Shown: one piece after another, positions 1 to 8,800 of the stretch | Layout of the letters: each line of letters opens with the position of its first letter | How positions within the stretch are numbered: the first letter of the stretch is position 1 | Assembly (NCBI GenBank): GCA_041484665.1 | Contig: JBGPIA010000011.1 | Span: forward strand, 64,001-128,000 | Source: Candidatus Krumholzibacteriia bacterium | Lineage (GTDB): Bacteria > Krumholzibacteriota > Krumholzibacteriia > JAJRXK01 | Reading direction: 5' to 3' | Length of the DNA stretch: 64,000 bases | The notes under the pieces: generated by a model | Database searches by the model: none | The model's input: only the letters and a program-made list of their open reading frames with translations | Told to the model about the DNA's origin: nothing | Program-made: the position numbers and the translations under genes

Positions 1-72
1 TCCGAGGAACTCCCGGGTATCCCCCACGCGCCAGCCCTTGGCCTCGATTCGCTTCCTCTTGGGTTCACGCAT
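1..72 (-). CDS. XRE/HigA-like HTH antitoxin, N-terminal part only (runs off the window)
   Basis: Not in the ORF track. Minus strand from ATG at 72 reads MREPKRKRIEAKGWRVGDTREFLG, typical of antitoxins paired with Gp49/HigB-type toxins. The start overlaps the toxin stop (ATGCGTGA). Confidence 0.8.
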   Translation of the reverse strand, partial: MREPKRKRIEAKGWRVGDTREFLG

Positions 73-397
73 TGTCGTACTCCCGAAGTCTCCGGCGACA
101 GGCCTGAATGACCCGGTCTGGGGTGGATGGCGTCTTCTTGCTGAATACCTCGGCGATCACGATGGCGTCCGGATCGACTCGGTACACGAGACGCCAGGTC
201 TGGCCCTCATCGTTGATCCGAAGTTCGTGGCACCTCGGGCCAATCGAGGGCATGGGCAGCGAGTGGGGCATCGACAGGCGTTCGCCGCGCTGGAGCCTAC
301 GAAGCAACAGACCAGCTTCGAGTCGGGCTACGCGCGAGAATGGTGGGGTCTTGACCTCGCCCTCAAGCCAGACCAAGGGCCGGTCGATGCCGTTCAT
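65..397 (-). CDS. Type II toxin, RelE/ParE superfamily (HigB/Gp49-like), 110 aa
   Basis: MNGIDRPLVWLEGEVKTPPFS...GPRCHELRI...WRLVYRVDPDAIVIAEVFSKKT. Start moved from 724 to the ATG at 397. Toxin precedes antitoxin, as in higBA. Confidence 0.88.
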   Translation of the reverse strand: MNGIDRPLVWLEGEVKTPPFSRVARLEAGLLLRRLQRGERLSMPHSLPMPSIGPRCHELRINDEGQTWRLVYRVDPDAIVIAEVFSKKTPSTPDRVIQACRRRLREYDNA

Positions 398-404
398 TCT
401 CCGC

Positions 405-433
405 AATGTATGTCGCTTCTGACATACGGTCAA
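405..433 (-). promoter_or_regulatory. Sigma70-type promoter of the TA operon with an embedded palindromic operator
   Basis: Minus strand TTGACC-17 nt-TACATT, 7 nt before the ATG. Perfect inverted repeat GTATGTC-N6-GACATAC at 408-427. Confidence 0.75.
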
Positions 434-572
434 GGGGGCCATCGCGGACAGCCCAACCCGCGCTTGCAACTGCCTGGGATGGCCGAGCTCGACACGGAGT
501 ATTCGCGGATTTCCGGGGCGGCCGCCCCCGCAGGTGAAGCGCAACGATCGCGCGGCCGGCGCGTGGGGCGGA

Positions 573-624
573 GCAGCAACGCGGCGCAGCAACGCGGGGC
601 AACAATGCGGACCAACAGCGCAGG
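573..624. repeat. Four imperfect 13-bp tandem repeats (gcagcaacgcggc-like), intergenic
   Basis: gcagcaacgcggc gcagcaacgcggg gcaacaatgcgga ccaacagcgcagg. Confidence 0.5.
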
Positions 625-669
625 GCAGAGCTTCCGAGCACCAACGGGCGAATCGAAGCGAGGTAGGGG

Positions 670-1437
670 ATGACCGAGGTCTTGGCCGGCGGGGCGATGG
701 GTGCCGCGCCCGCGGCGCCATCATCGCTGCGGCGCTCGCTGTGGGTTTACGGCGGGCTCATGGCCTACCTGGCCGCCATCCGGCTCACGCTTAGCGCGCT
801 GGCGACGAGCGGCTTCCGCAGCCCCAGCCAGGCGGCGGTCTTTGCGTGGCCGGTACTGGGCGTGCTGACCGTTGCGGGGTTCGGCGGCGTCTGGCTGTCC
901 CACCGCGTCGCGCTGCCCGGCCTGTGGGATCCGGGCGGCAACGTCCGCCGGCGCGTGCTCCTGCCTGCTGCGATCGGAGCGGCGTTTGGGCTGCTCGCCA
1001 TCGGGGCCGACCTCGTCACGGGCTGGACGCGCGCCGCCGCGCAGCAGATGGGGCTGCCGTCCATCCACATCGAGTTCCCGGCGTCGCTCTTGATCTACCC
1101 GGGCGGCGCGGTGATCGTCGACGTCATCTACTACCTGGTGCCGATCCCGCTCTTGCTGTGGCTGTTCGCAGACGTGGTAGCGCAGGGGAGGGGCCGGCGG
1201 ACGATCTTCTGGGTCGTCGGGCTACTTGCCGCGGCGATCGAGCCCATGACCCAGGACCTGCGCTCGCCCGGCGGCCCCGGCGTCGGAGCGTTGCTGTTCA
1301 TGCAGGACTACGCGCTGAATGCCGCCCAGGTGATCGCGCTACGCCGCACGGGTTTCCTGTCGGCGGTGCTGTTGCGCGTCGTCTTCTACCTCGTGTGGCA
1401 CGTGCTGTGGGGCGCGCTGGGGGCGCACGGCGACTGA
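670..1437 (+). CDS. Polytopic membrane protein, possibly a divergent CPBP/Abi intramembrane-protease-like protein
   Basis: About 7 hydrophobic segments and a C-terminal FYLVWHVLWG. The EE motif position reads GGAVIVDV. The family call is tentative. Confidence 0.6.
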   Translation: MTEVLAGGAMGAAPAAPSSLRRSLWVYGGLMAYLAAIRLTLSALATSGFRSPSQAAVFAWPVLGVLTVAGFGGVWLSHRVALPGLWDPGGNVRRRVLLPAAIGAAFGLLAIGADLVTGWTRAAAQQMGLPSIHIEFPASLLIYPGGAVIVDVIYYLVPIPLLLWLFADVVAQGRGRRTIFWVVGLLAAAIEPMTQDLRSPGGPGVGALLFMQDYALNAAQVIALRRTGFLSAVLLRVVFYLVWHVLWGALGAHGD

Positions 1438-1461
1438 GCAGCAGGTCGCGAGCGGCACCCG

Positions 1462-4400
1462 TTACTTGAGCAGGACCAGGCGCTGGGGCTCGCCGGCCTC
1501 CTTTTCGTCCACGATCAACCGCACGAGATACACGCCGCTCGCCACGCGGTGACCGGAGCCGTCCACGCCGTGCCACGTCACGTCATGCGCCCCGGCCGCC
1601 AGCGCCTCGCCATGGACCAGCTCGGTCACGCGCCGGCCGCGCAGGTCGTAGACGGCGAGCGTCACCTTTCCTGGAGTGGCCAGCTCGAAGCGGAGCACCG
1701 TCGCCGGATTGAACGGGTTGGGGGCGGGCGGATCCAGCCGCGTCACCCGCGGCGCCGCGGGTAGCTCGGTCCCCGTGGCGACGCCCGCGCAGGGCGGGCC
1801 CGCAATCCCGACCGTGCCGCCGCACCGCGCCGACATCGCCACCAGCGGCGAGGCGTCCTGATACGCGTAGTTGAGGGCCAACGGCTGGCAGAAGACCGGG
1901 TCGGCCAGGGAAACGCTGGACGTGTCCATGCCGCCAGCGGCCACGTTGAACCACTCGGAATGGCCGAACAAATCGCCGCAGTGCAACGAAACGTGACCCA
2001 GCGCGCCGTTGCCCTCGGCCACCAACGGGGCGCCATCGACGTCCTTGGTGACGATGGAGTATTGCAGGTCGATCACCCCGTTGGCGGCGTGGACGACACC
2101 GGCGCCGGCAGCGTAGGCGGCATTCTGGTCGAGCACGCAGTGCTCGGCTGTGGTCGAGCCCCCCGCGGAGAACAGCGCGCCACCACGGCCGACCGCCTCG
2201 TTGAGCACGAACAGGCAGCTCGTCACGGACGACGTGCCCGCCAGCACCGCAATCGCGCCGCCATCGGTGCCGGCGTGGTTCTTGTAGAAGAAGCATCCAT
2301 CGAAGGCCGGAGACCCGCTCTGCACCAGCACCGCGCCGCCGCGCTGAGAGGCACGGTTCTGCTCGAAGCGGACGTTGCGCAGGATCGGGCTCGCGCTGCT
2401 CACGATCAGTGCCCCGCCCTGCGTCGCATTGCTACCGCGGATCGTCAGCCCAGCCAGGACGGCGGTGGATCCCACGCCATTGGCTGTGACGATCGAGCTG
2501 ACGCCGCTGCCGGTCACCACCACCGCCGCGGGATTGGAGCCGGCTCCTCGAATCTCGATGCCATCTCGCAAACTGAAGGACTCGGGGTAGGTCCCGGGGT
2601 TCACCAGCACGCGCGTGCCCGCGCTGACGGCCGCGAGCGCCGCGGTGATCGAGGTGAAGTTGCCGGCTCCCGTCTTGTCGACCACGACCTGGGTCACGCT
2701 CGGATCGCGGTTGGGCTGTCCGGGCGTGCGCGGGCCGTACTTGAGGGTGACGTTGCCGCCGCACTCCAGCCAGTTCGCGCCCTGATTGCCCAGATAGACG
2801 GCCAGCCCGTCGGGGACGCGCACCAGCGCGTCGTTGGGCGCCGCGCCGGGCGTCGGACCGCCAAGCCAGCCCAGCTGGTCGACACGCCAGAACTGCCCGG
2901 CAGCGGTGATCTTGTACAGGTACAAGAGTCCCGACTGCAGATCCTGGGTGAACGAACCCGGCGCCCCCTGCTGCAGCACCATCAGCTGGCCCGGAGCGAG
3001 CTGCAAGCCCGACGACAAGGTCGTGAGGAAATTCACGCCGTCGCCGACGGCGAATTGGTTGAGCACCACCGCACTGCCCAGCGGGTTGTAGAGCTCGATG
3101 TAGTCTCCCCCGCTGCCCGACGTGTAGAGCACCTCGTTGATCACGATCGACCCGCCCAGGTTGGGTGTCGGCACGCTGTTGGTCTGCCCGAAGGTCGACG
3201 TGGACGTCTCGAAGCTCGTCGCGTCGGGATCGCCGGCCTTCGTTCCCTCGACGCGGCTGATGGTGAACCCAGGCGGCGCGGCGGGCGCCCCGCCGGCCGT
3301 TCCGTAGGCGACGATGTCGAACACGAAGCTCGTGCCCACGGGCGGCAGCAGCGCCAGCGTTCCGCCCAGGTCGGGCAGGTCGATCACGGTGAGCGTGTGC
3401 AGGAACAGCCCGTGTGCGGGCACCGTCCCCGACAGAGTCTCCTCGTCGGGAGTCGGGAAGCCGGGGCCGTTGCTGAGGCGAAAGCCGGTGAGGTCGAGGG
3501 TCGAGGCGGAGAGGTTGCGGATCTCGACGGTCTCGCCAACCTTTGGGAGCACGCTCCCGTCCTTCGCGCGCGGCGGCTGCTTGAGTCCGCTGCGCGTCGA
3601 GAATTCGTTGATGAGCACGTTGGGGAAGCAGAACGCCGGCCCGGCGTAGAGCGTCTCGACCACCATTTTCCCGGGCAGGACCACGCGGACCCCATAATAG
3701 AAGCTCGTGTAGTTGACCGCGGTTGCGTCGATGAAGCGCTGCGTGGGCGCATTGACGCTACCGATCGGAAGCAAATCGGGGTCGAGCAGGTCGCAGGGGT
3801 CCTGCGCGCGCAGGATCTCGTAGCGGATCACGCCGCCCGGCGGTACGTAGCCCTGCCAGTCCAGCTGGATCTGTCCGCCCGCGTCGTTGTCCACGTCGGC
3901 GGCCGTCAGTTGTGGCGAGGCCGTCACGCACGAGCGCATCGCCAGCCCGTGCAGGGTGACGCTCCCCAGATTCATGGATTCCGCGGGGTGTCCGAACGCA
4001 TCGATCCGGGTTGCCACGGGGTACCCGGGTCCAATGTTCAGCCCCCACAGCTCGTCACCCAGGAACGCCGTCTCCTGCCAGTCGTCGGATACCCCCCGAG
4101 CGGAGCTGCCCAGCACGGAGCCGGCCAGCGTCCCGACATCCAACTGCCGCACCACCAGTAGGCTGAGGTAGAGATCGTCGAACAGGCTGTGCGGGATCCC
4201 GGTCGGCGAGAACTCCATGGGCGCGGACGGAAAGTTTGTTACGACCCCGACGCCGGTGGTTGTCCCCGAGCTGGGGTCGATCGTCAGCAGCTCGGTCCAG
4301 TTGTACTCGCCGAAGGACATGAACGCCAAGGTATACAGCTTGCCAGTGAGCGGGTTGCGAGCCAGCCCATAGAACCCCCGCGCCCCGAACGCGCTCACCG

Positions 4401-5844
4401 GGACCTGCGAGAGCACATGCATCGTGGAGGGTTGCACCGTGAGCAACGCTGCCGGAGGCCCGGCCAGGGGCATGGAGAGGATGTACAGCCGGTCATGGAG
4501 CGGGTCGCTGGCGAGCTGCGGGTTGGTCAGATTATCCGAGATGAATCCGAGCGTGTTCACGACGCCAAGATGGGGGTCGACCTCGGCCAGGTAGTGGCTG
4601 CTGGCGATCTGCCGCAGCGACCAGGCCCGAAGGCTCACGGGCGTTTGCTGCACGCGTAGCGTGCAGTCCACGGGCCCCGTGCCGTCGATCGGATCCCGGT
4701 AGACGACGACGCAGTAGTAGCCAGAGTTGGGCACGTTGAGCTCGATCTTCGCCCGTCCATTCGCGTCGGCCGATGCCGTTGCGGTCGCGTTGAAACGGCC
4801 TCCGGTGAAGAAGTTGTCGCTCAGCCAGGCGACGCGCAGCGGGCCTGCGGCGACGGGCTGCTGCGTGACGGAGATCGTCACGGCGCCGACTTGCGTCGGG
4901 CCGATGGCGACCTCCCAAAGCTTGAGCATCTCGTTCTGCGCGAACGACGCGACCACGGCCGAGCCGAACGTCATGCCGTTGTTGGTGACCTGCGCGACCC
5001 GGTAGTCGCTGCTCCCACCGCTGTAGTTGTGGATGCCCACGTCCCAAGGCGAAAAGCCCATGGTGTTGGAGTTGATGACGACGAAGTCGAGATACCCGGC
5101 GCCCGCGGCTGAAGCCGCCGTCCAGCTGCCGAAGCCGTTGGTGGCTCCGGTGGACGGCGCGTACAGGAAGACGTCGTCATCGTCGGTGCTGTTGAGGGCG
5201 GAGGCGGGGACCGCCGTCCACCACGCCTGCGGATTGACGCGCAGCCCGTCGTTGTTGGGGTAGACGGGCGAGCCGTCGACGACGGAGGCCGTCCCCGCGT
5301 AGCGATCCGGCGGCGCGGCGCGCTGCGATGTCTGGCCCGGGGTGAGCAGCAAGGGCGACAGAATCCACTGCCGCGCCCAGCGGTTGTCGTTCTCGTTGCT
5401 CTCCGCTACGAGGGTCGTGGGGTCGAGGGCCGCCTCGAAGGTATGGCGTCCCCCGGCCAGGCACAGGGGGCCCACGTTGACGGCGTAGAACCCGCCGTAC
5501 GCTCCGATCGACGGGTAGCTGACCCAGTACTGGAAACCCCCGTCCACATACAGAAACACGTAGAACGCTGCGCCTGTGGAGACATCGCTCGCATTCCAGC
5601 CGCCGAAGTTCCAGAACGTCCCGCACGCGTTGCCCGGCAAGGTCGACGGCTCGGGAACGCTTCCGACGGACGCGTCGGCCGACGGCCGGGGCACCAGCAC
5701 GTGGGCCCAGCCTGGGTACTGGTAGAACGCCAGGTTCGGTGCGGCCTCCGCTCGCGCGGGAACGAGACTGCAGACAAGACCGCCAATGAGACCGCCGACG
5801 AGACTGCCGACGAGTGATGCCGCGGACCGACGTAGGTGGAACAT
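1462..5844 (-). CDS. Large secreted multidomain protein (1460 aa): CARDB-like/beta-sandwich head, propeller-like region, FN3-like domain, two lamin-tail domains, parallel beta-helix, C-terminal FlgD-Ig/CTD-like domain
   Basis: Signal peptide ending ARAEA; VAESNENDN; two 'INE..' lamin-tail starts with YIELYNP; GAGNFTSITAAL...PGTYPE; N.A..GGA repeats; PAPNPFNPATVLRFEL...SGVYLVRL. RBS GGAGAGGGGAG upstream. Confidence 0.85.
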   Translation of the reverse strand: MFHLRRSAASLVGSLVGGLIGGLVCSLVPARAEAAPNLAFYQYPGWAHVLVPRPSADASVGSVPEPSTLPGNACGTFWNFGGWNASDVSTGAAFYVFLYVDGGFQYWVSYPSIGAYGGFYAVNVGPLCLAGGRHTFEAALDPTTLVAESNENDNRWARQWILSPLLLTPGQTSQRAAPPDRYAGTASVVDGSPVYPNNDGLRVNPQAWWTAVPASALNSTDDDDVFLYAPSTGATNGFGSWTAASAAGAGYLDFVVINSNTMGFSPWDVGIHNYSGGSSDYRVAQVTNNGMTFGSAVVASFAQNEMLKLWEVAIGPTQVGAVTISVTQQPVAAGPLRVAWLSDNFFTGGRFNATATASADANGRAKIELNVPNSGYYCVVVYRDPIDGTGPVDCTLRVQQTPVSLRAWSLRQIASSHYLAEVDPHLGVVNTLGFISDNLTNPQLASDPLHDRLYILSMPLAGPPAALLTVQPSTMHVLSQVPVSAFGARGFYGLARNPLTGKLYTLAFMSFGEYNWTELLTIDPSSGTTTGVGVVTNFPSAPMEFSPTGIPHSLFDDLYLSLLVVRQLDVGTLAGSVLGSSARGVSDDWQETAFLGDELWGLNIGPGYPVATRIDAFGHPAESMNLGSVTLHGLAMRSCVTASPQLTAADVDNDAGGQIQLDWQGYVPPGGVIRYEILRAQDPCDLLDPDLLPIGSVNAPTQRFIDATAVNYTSFYYGVRVVLPGKMVVETLYAGPAFCFPNVLINEFSTRSGLKQPPRAKDGSVLPKVGETVEIRNLSASTLDLTGFRLSNGPGFPTPDEETLSGTVPAHGLFLHTLTVIDLPDLGGTLALLPPVGTSFVFDIVAYGTAGGAPAAPPGFTISRVEGTKAGDPDATSFETSTSTFGQTNSVPTPNLGGSIVINEVLYTSGSGGDYIELYNPLGSAVVLNQFAVGDGVNFLTTLSSGLQLAPGQLMVLQQGAPGSFTQDLQSGLLYLYKITAAGQFWRVDQLGWLGGPTPGAAPNDALVRVPDGLAVYLGNQGANWLECGGNVTLKYGPRTPGQPNRDPSVTQVVVDKTGAGNFTSITAALAAVSAGTRVLVNPGTYPESFSLRDGIEIRGAGSNPAAVVVTGSGVSSIVTANGVGSTAVLAGLTIRGSNATQGGALIVSSASPILRNVRFEQNRASQRGGAVLVQSGSPAFDGCFFYKNHAGTDGGAIAVLAGTSSVTSCLFVLNEAVGRGGALFSAGGSTTAEHCVLDQNAAYAAGAGVVHAANGVIDLQYSIVTKDVDGAPLVAEGNGALGHVSLHCGDLFGHSEWFNVAAGGMDTSSVSLADPVFCQPLALNYAYQDASPLVAMSARCGGTVGIAGPPCAGVATGTELPAAPRVTRLDPPAPNPFNPATVLRFELATPGKVTLAVYDLRGRRVTELVHGEALAAGAHDVTWHGVDGSGHRVASGVYLVRLIVDEKEAGEPQRLVLLK

Positions 5845-5885
5845 GGTCTCCCCTCCGGTACCAGCCGGCGAATGCTGTGATCAGT

Positions 5886-8800
5886 CTACTTCAGAAGCAC
5901 CAACCGCTGCGCCTCTCCCGCGGGCTTGCCGTCCAGCGACAGGCGCAGGTAGTAGACGCCACTGGCCACAGGGCGGCCGGAAGCGTCGATCCCCGTCCAG
6001 GCCACCTGATGGGCGCCGGCCGGCAGACGCTCGCCGCCGAGCAACTCCGCCACGCCCCTGCCCCGCACGTCATACAACGCCAGCACGGCGCGACCCGCGC
6101 GGGCCAGGTCGAAGCGGAGCACCGTCGAGGGGTTGAACGGATTGGGTGCGGCCGGGTAGAGCCGCGTCAGCAGCGCAGCAGCTGGCGGCAGCTCCCCGGT
6201 CAAGATCAGCGCACAGGGCGGCCCGTCGATCCCGATCGTCTCCGCGCAGAAGCCCGCCGGCGCGAGCAGGGGCGACGTCTCGTCCAATGCGTAGTTGAAG
6301 GTCAGCGGCTGGCAGTACGCTGGATCGGCGACGAGCACACCGCTGGTGTCCATCCCGCCCGCGCTCATGTTGAACCACACCGGGTGTTGGAAGAGTGCGC
6401 CGCAGTTGAAGCTGAGGTGGCCGGTGAGGCCGCCACCCTCGGCCTGCAGCGGGGCGCCGAGCTGATCGCGGGTAACGATGGTGTAGGCGACATCGAAGAA
6501 GCCGCCCGCGCTGTGCACACCGCCGGCGCCATTGCCGTTGGCGGTGTTGAGGTCCAGGACGCAGTGGCGGACCAGGCAGTTCCCCGCGCTCCCGAACAGC
6601 GCGCCGCCGCGTCCGTCGGCCTCGTTGTCCACGAACAGACAGCTGCGTACCGTTGGCGAACCGCCCAGTACGGCGATCGCTCCGCCGTCCAGATCGGCGC
6701 TGTTGCGGTAGAAGAAGCACCCGTTGAAGGATGGCGTGCCGCCCGTCACGGCCGCGCCGCCACCGCGCTGGTTGGCATGGTTCCGCTCGAAGCGCACGTT
6801 GCGGATGGTGGGGCTCGCGTTGGTCACGAGCAGGCCGGCGCCCTGGGTCGCGCTCCTGCCGCTGAGGGTCACGCCCGCGAGTACCGCCGTAGCGTCGACG
6901 CCATTGGCCGTGACGATCGAGCCGACACCAGCGCCTGTAATGATGACCGCGGCGGGATCGCCCCCCGCCCCTGCGATCTCGACGCCGTTCTCCAACGCGA
7001 CCGACTCGGGATACGTTCCAGGCCGCACGAGCACGCGCGTGCCCGCGCCCACGGCCGCGAGCGCCGCGCCGATCGTCAGGTAGTCGCCACCGCCGAGGCG
7101 ATCGACCACCACCTGATTCACGCCGGGCTCCTGGTTGGCTTCGCCCGGAGTGCGTTGCCCGTACATCAAGACGGTTCCGCCTCCGCAATCGTGCCAATTC
7201 GCGCCGTGGTTGCCCAGGTAGACGGCCAGCCCGTCGGGCACGCGCAGCAGCGCGTCCGCAGGGGCGGCCCCGGGGGCGGGCCCGCCGCCCCATCCCAGCT
7301 GGTCGATCCGCTGGTATTGGTTGTCCGCTGTGATCTTGTACAGATAGAGGACGTTGGCTTGCAGGTTCTGGCTGAACGACCCCAATGCGCCCTGCTGCAG
7401 CAGCTTGATCTGGCCGGGCCCCAGCTGCAGTCCGGCGCCCAGCGTGCTGAGGAAGTTCACCCCATCGCTGAGAGCGAACTGGTTGAGCACGGCCGTGCTT
7501 CCCAGCGGGTTGTACAGCTCCACGTAATCGCTGCCGCCAGTGCTCGTGTAGAGCACCTCGTTGAGCAGGATCGACTGCCCCAGCGCCGGAGCGGGCACGG
7601 TGTTGGTGTTGCCGAAGGTCTGGCTGCCCGCCTCGAAGCTGTCGGCGTCGGGATCGGCGGCGGTGGTCCCCTCGACGCGGCTGACGGTGAATCCGGCCGG
7701 AACCGTCGGCGCGCCGCCTTGGGAGCCGTAGCCGACGATGTCCAGCGCCAGCCCCGTGCCCGAGGGCGGCAGCAGCAGCAGTGTGCCGCCTTCATTGGGC
7801 AGGTCGATCGTCTGCAGTGTGTGCACGAGCAGCCCGCCCGCCGGGATCACGCCGGACAGATCCTCCTCGTCGGGCGAGGGCAGTCCCGGCCCATTGCTCA
7901 GGCGGAAGCCGGTCAGGTCCAGCGGCGCGGTGGAGAGATTGCGGATCTCCACCAGCTCGCCGACCTTGGCCGGCCCGCCCTGCGCTGTTGCGCGCTGCGC
8001 CGCGCCGCCAGCCGGCGGATGATTGGATCTGCCGCCCACTGCCGTGGTCTTGGGCACCCCGCCCGCGGGCGCGAACTCGTTGATGAGCAGATTGGGGAAG
8101 GCGAAGGCCGGACCGGCGTAGAGCGTCGCCAGCGTGGCGGTCTTGGCCGCGGATACGACGCGCACGCCGAAGTAATACGCCGTGTAGCTGACTGCGGTCG
8201 CGTCGGTGAATCGGCGGGGCGATGTCGCCGCCACCTGGGCGATGGCCGGCAGCGCCGAATCGGCGAGCTTGCACGGATCCGTGGAGCGGAGGATCTCGTA
8301 GTGCCCGACCCCGGTCGGAGGCGCGTACGCGCTCCAGTCCAGATCGATGTGTCCGCCGGAGTCGTGGGGGGAGTCCACCGCTGAAAGCTCCGCGGACGCG
8401 TCCACGCACGGCCGCTGCGTGATGCCCCGGGGAGGTCGGTCGTAGAGCGCCTGGGGGACGATCTGCAGCGCGGCTCCGGTCAGGGGGTCGAAGCGCGTGG
8501 TCAGCGGGGGGCTGGCGATCACTGCCCACAGCTCATCGCCCAGGAAGCCGATGTCGTTGTAGCTGTACCAGCCGCTGGCGTCAAGGCCCACGAACGTCGC
8601 CACGAGCGTGTTGCGATCGATGCGGTAGAGACGGGTCTGCTCGTTGGACACAACGTCTGCCAGGCCGTAGAGCACGCCCTGGGGAGAGAAGGCCAGCATT
8701 GTAATCTTCGCGCCCTGCGCCGGGGGCACGAAGCTCAGCACTCCCCGCGAGCTGAGCTCCCCGGTGGCGGGATCGATGGTCACGAGCTCCTGTCCCGTCA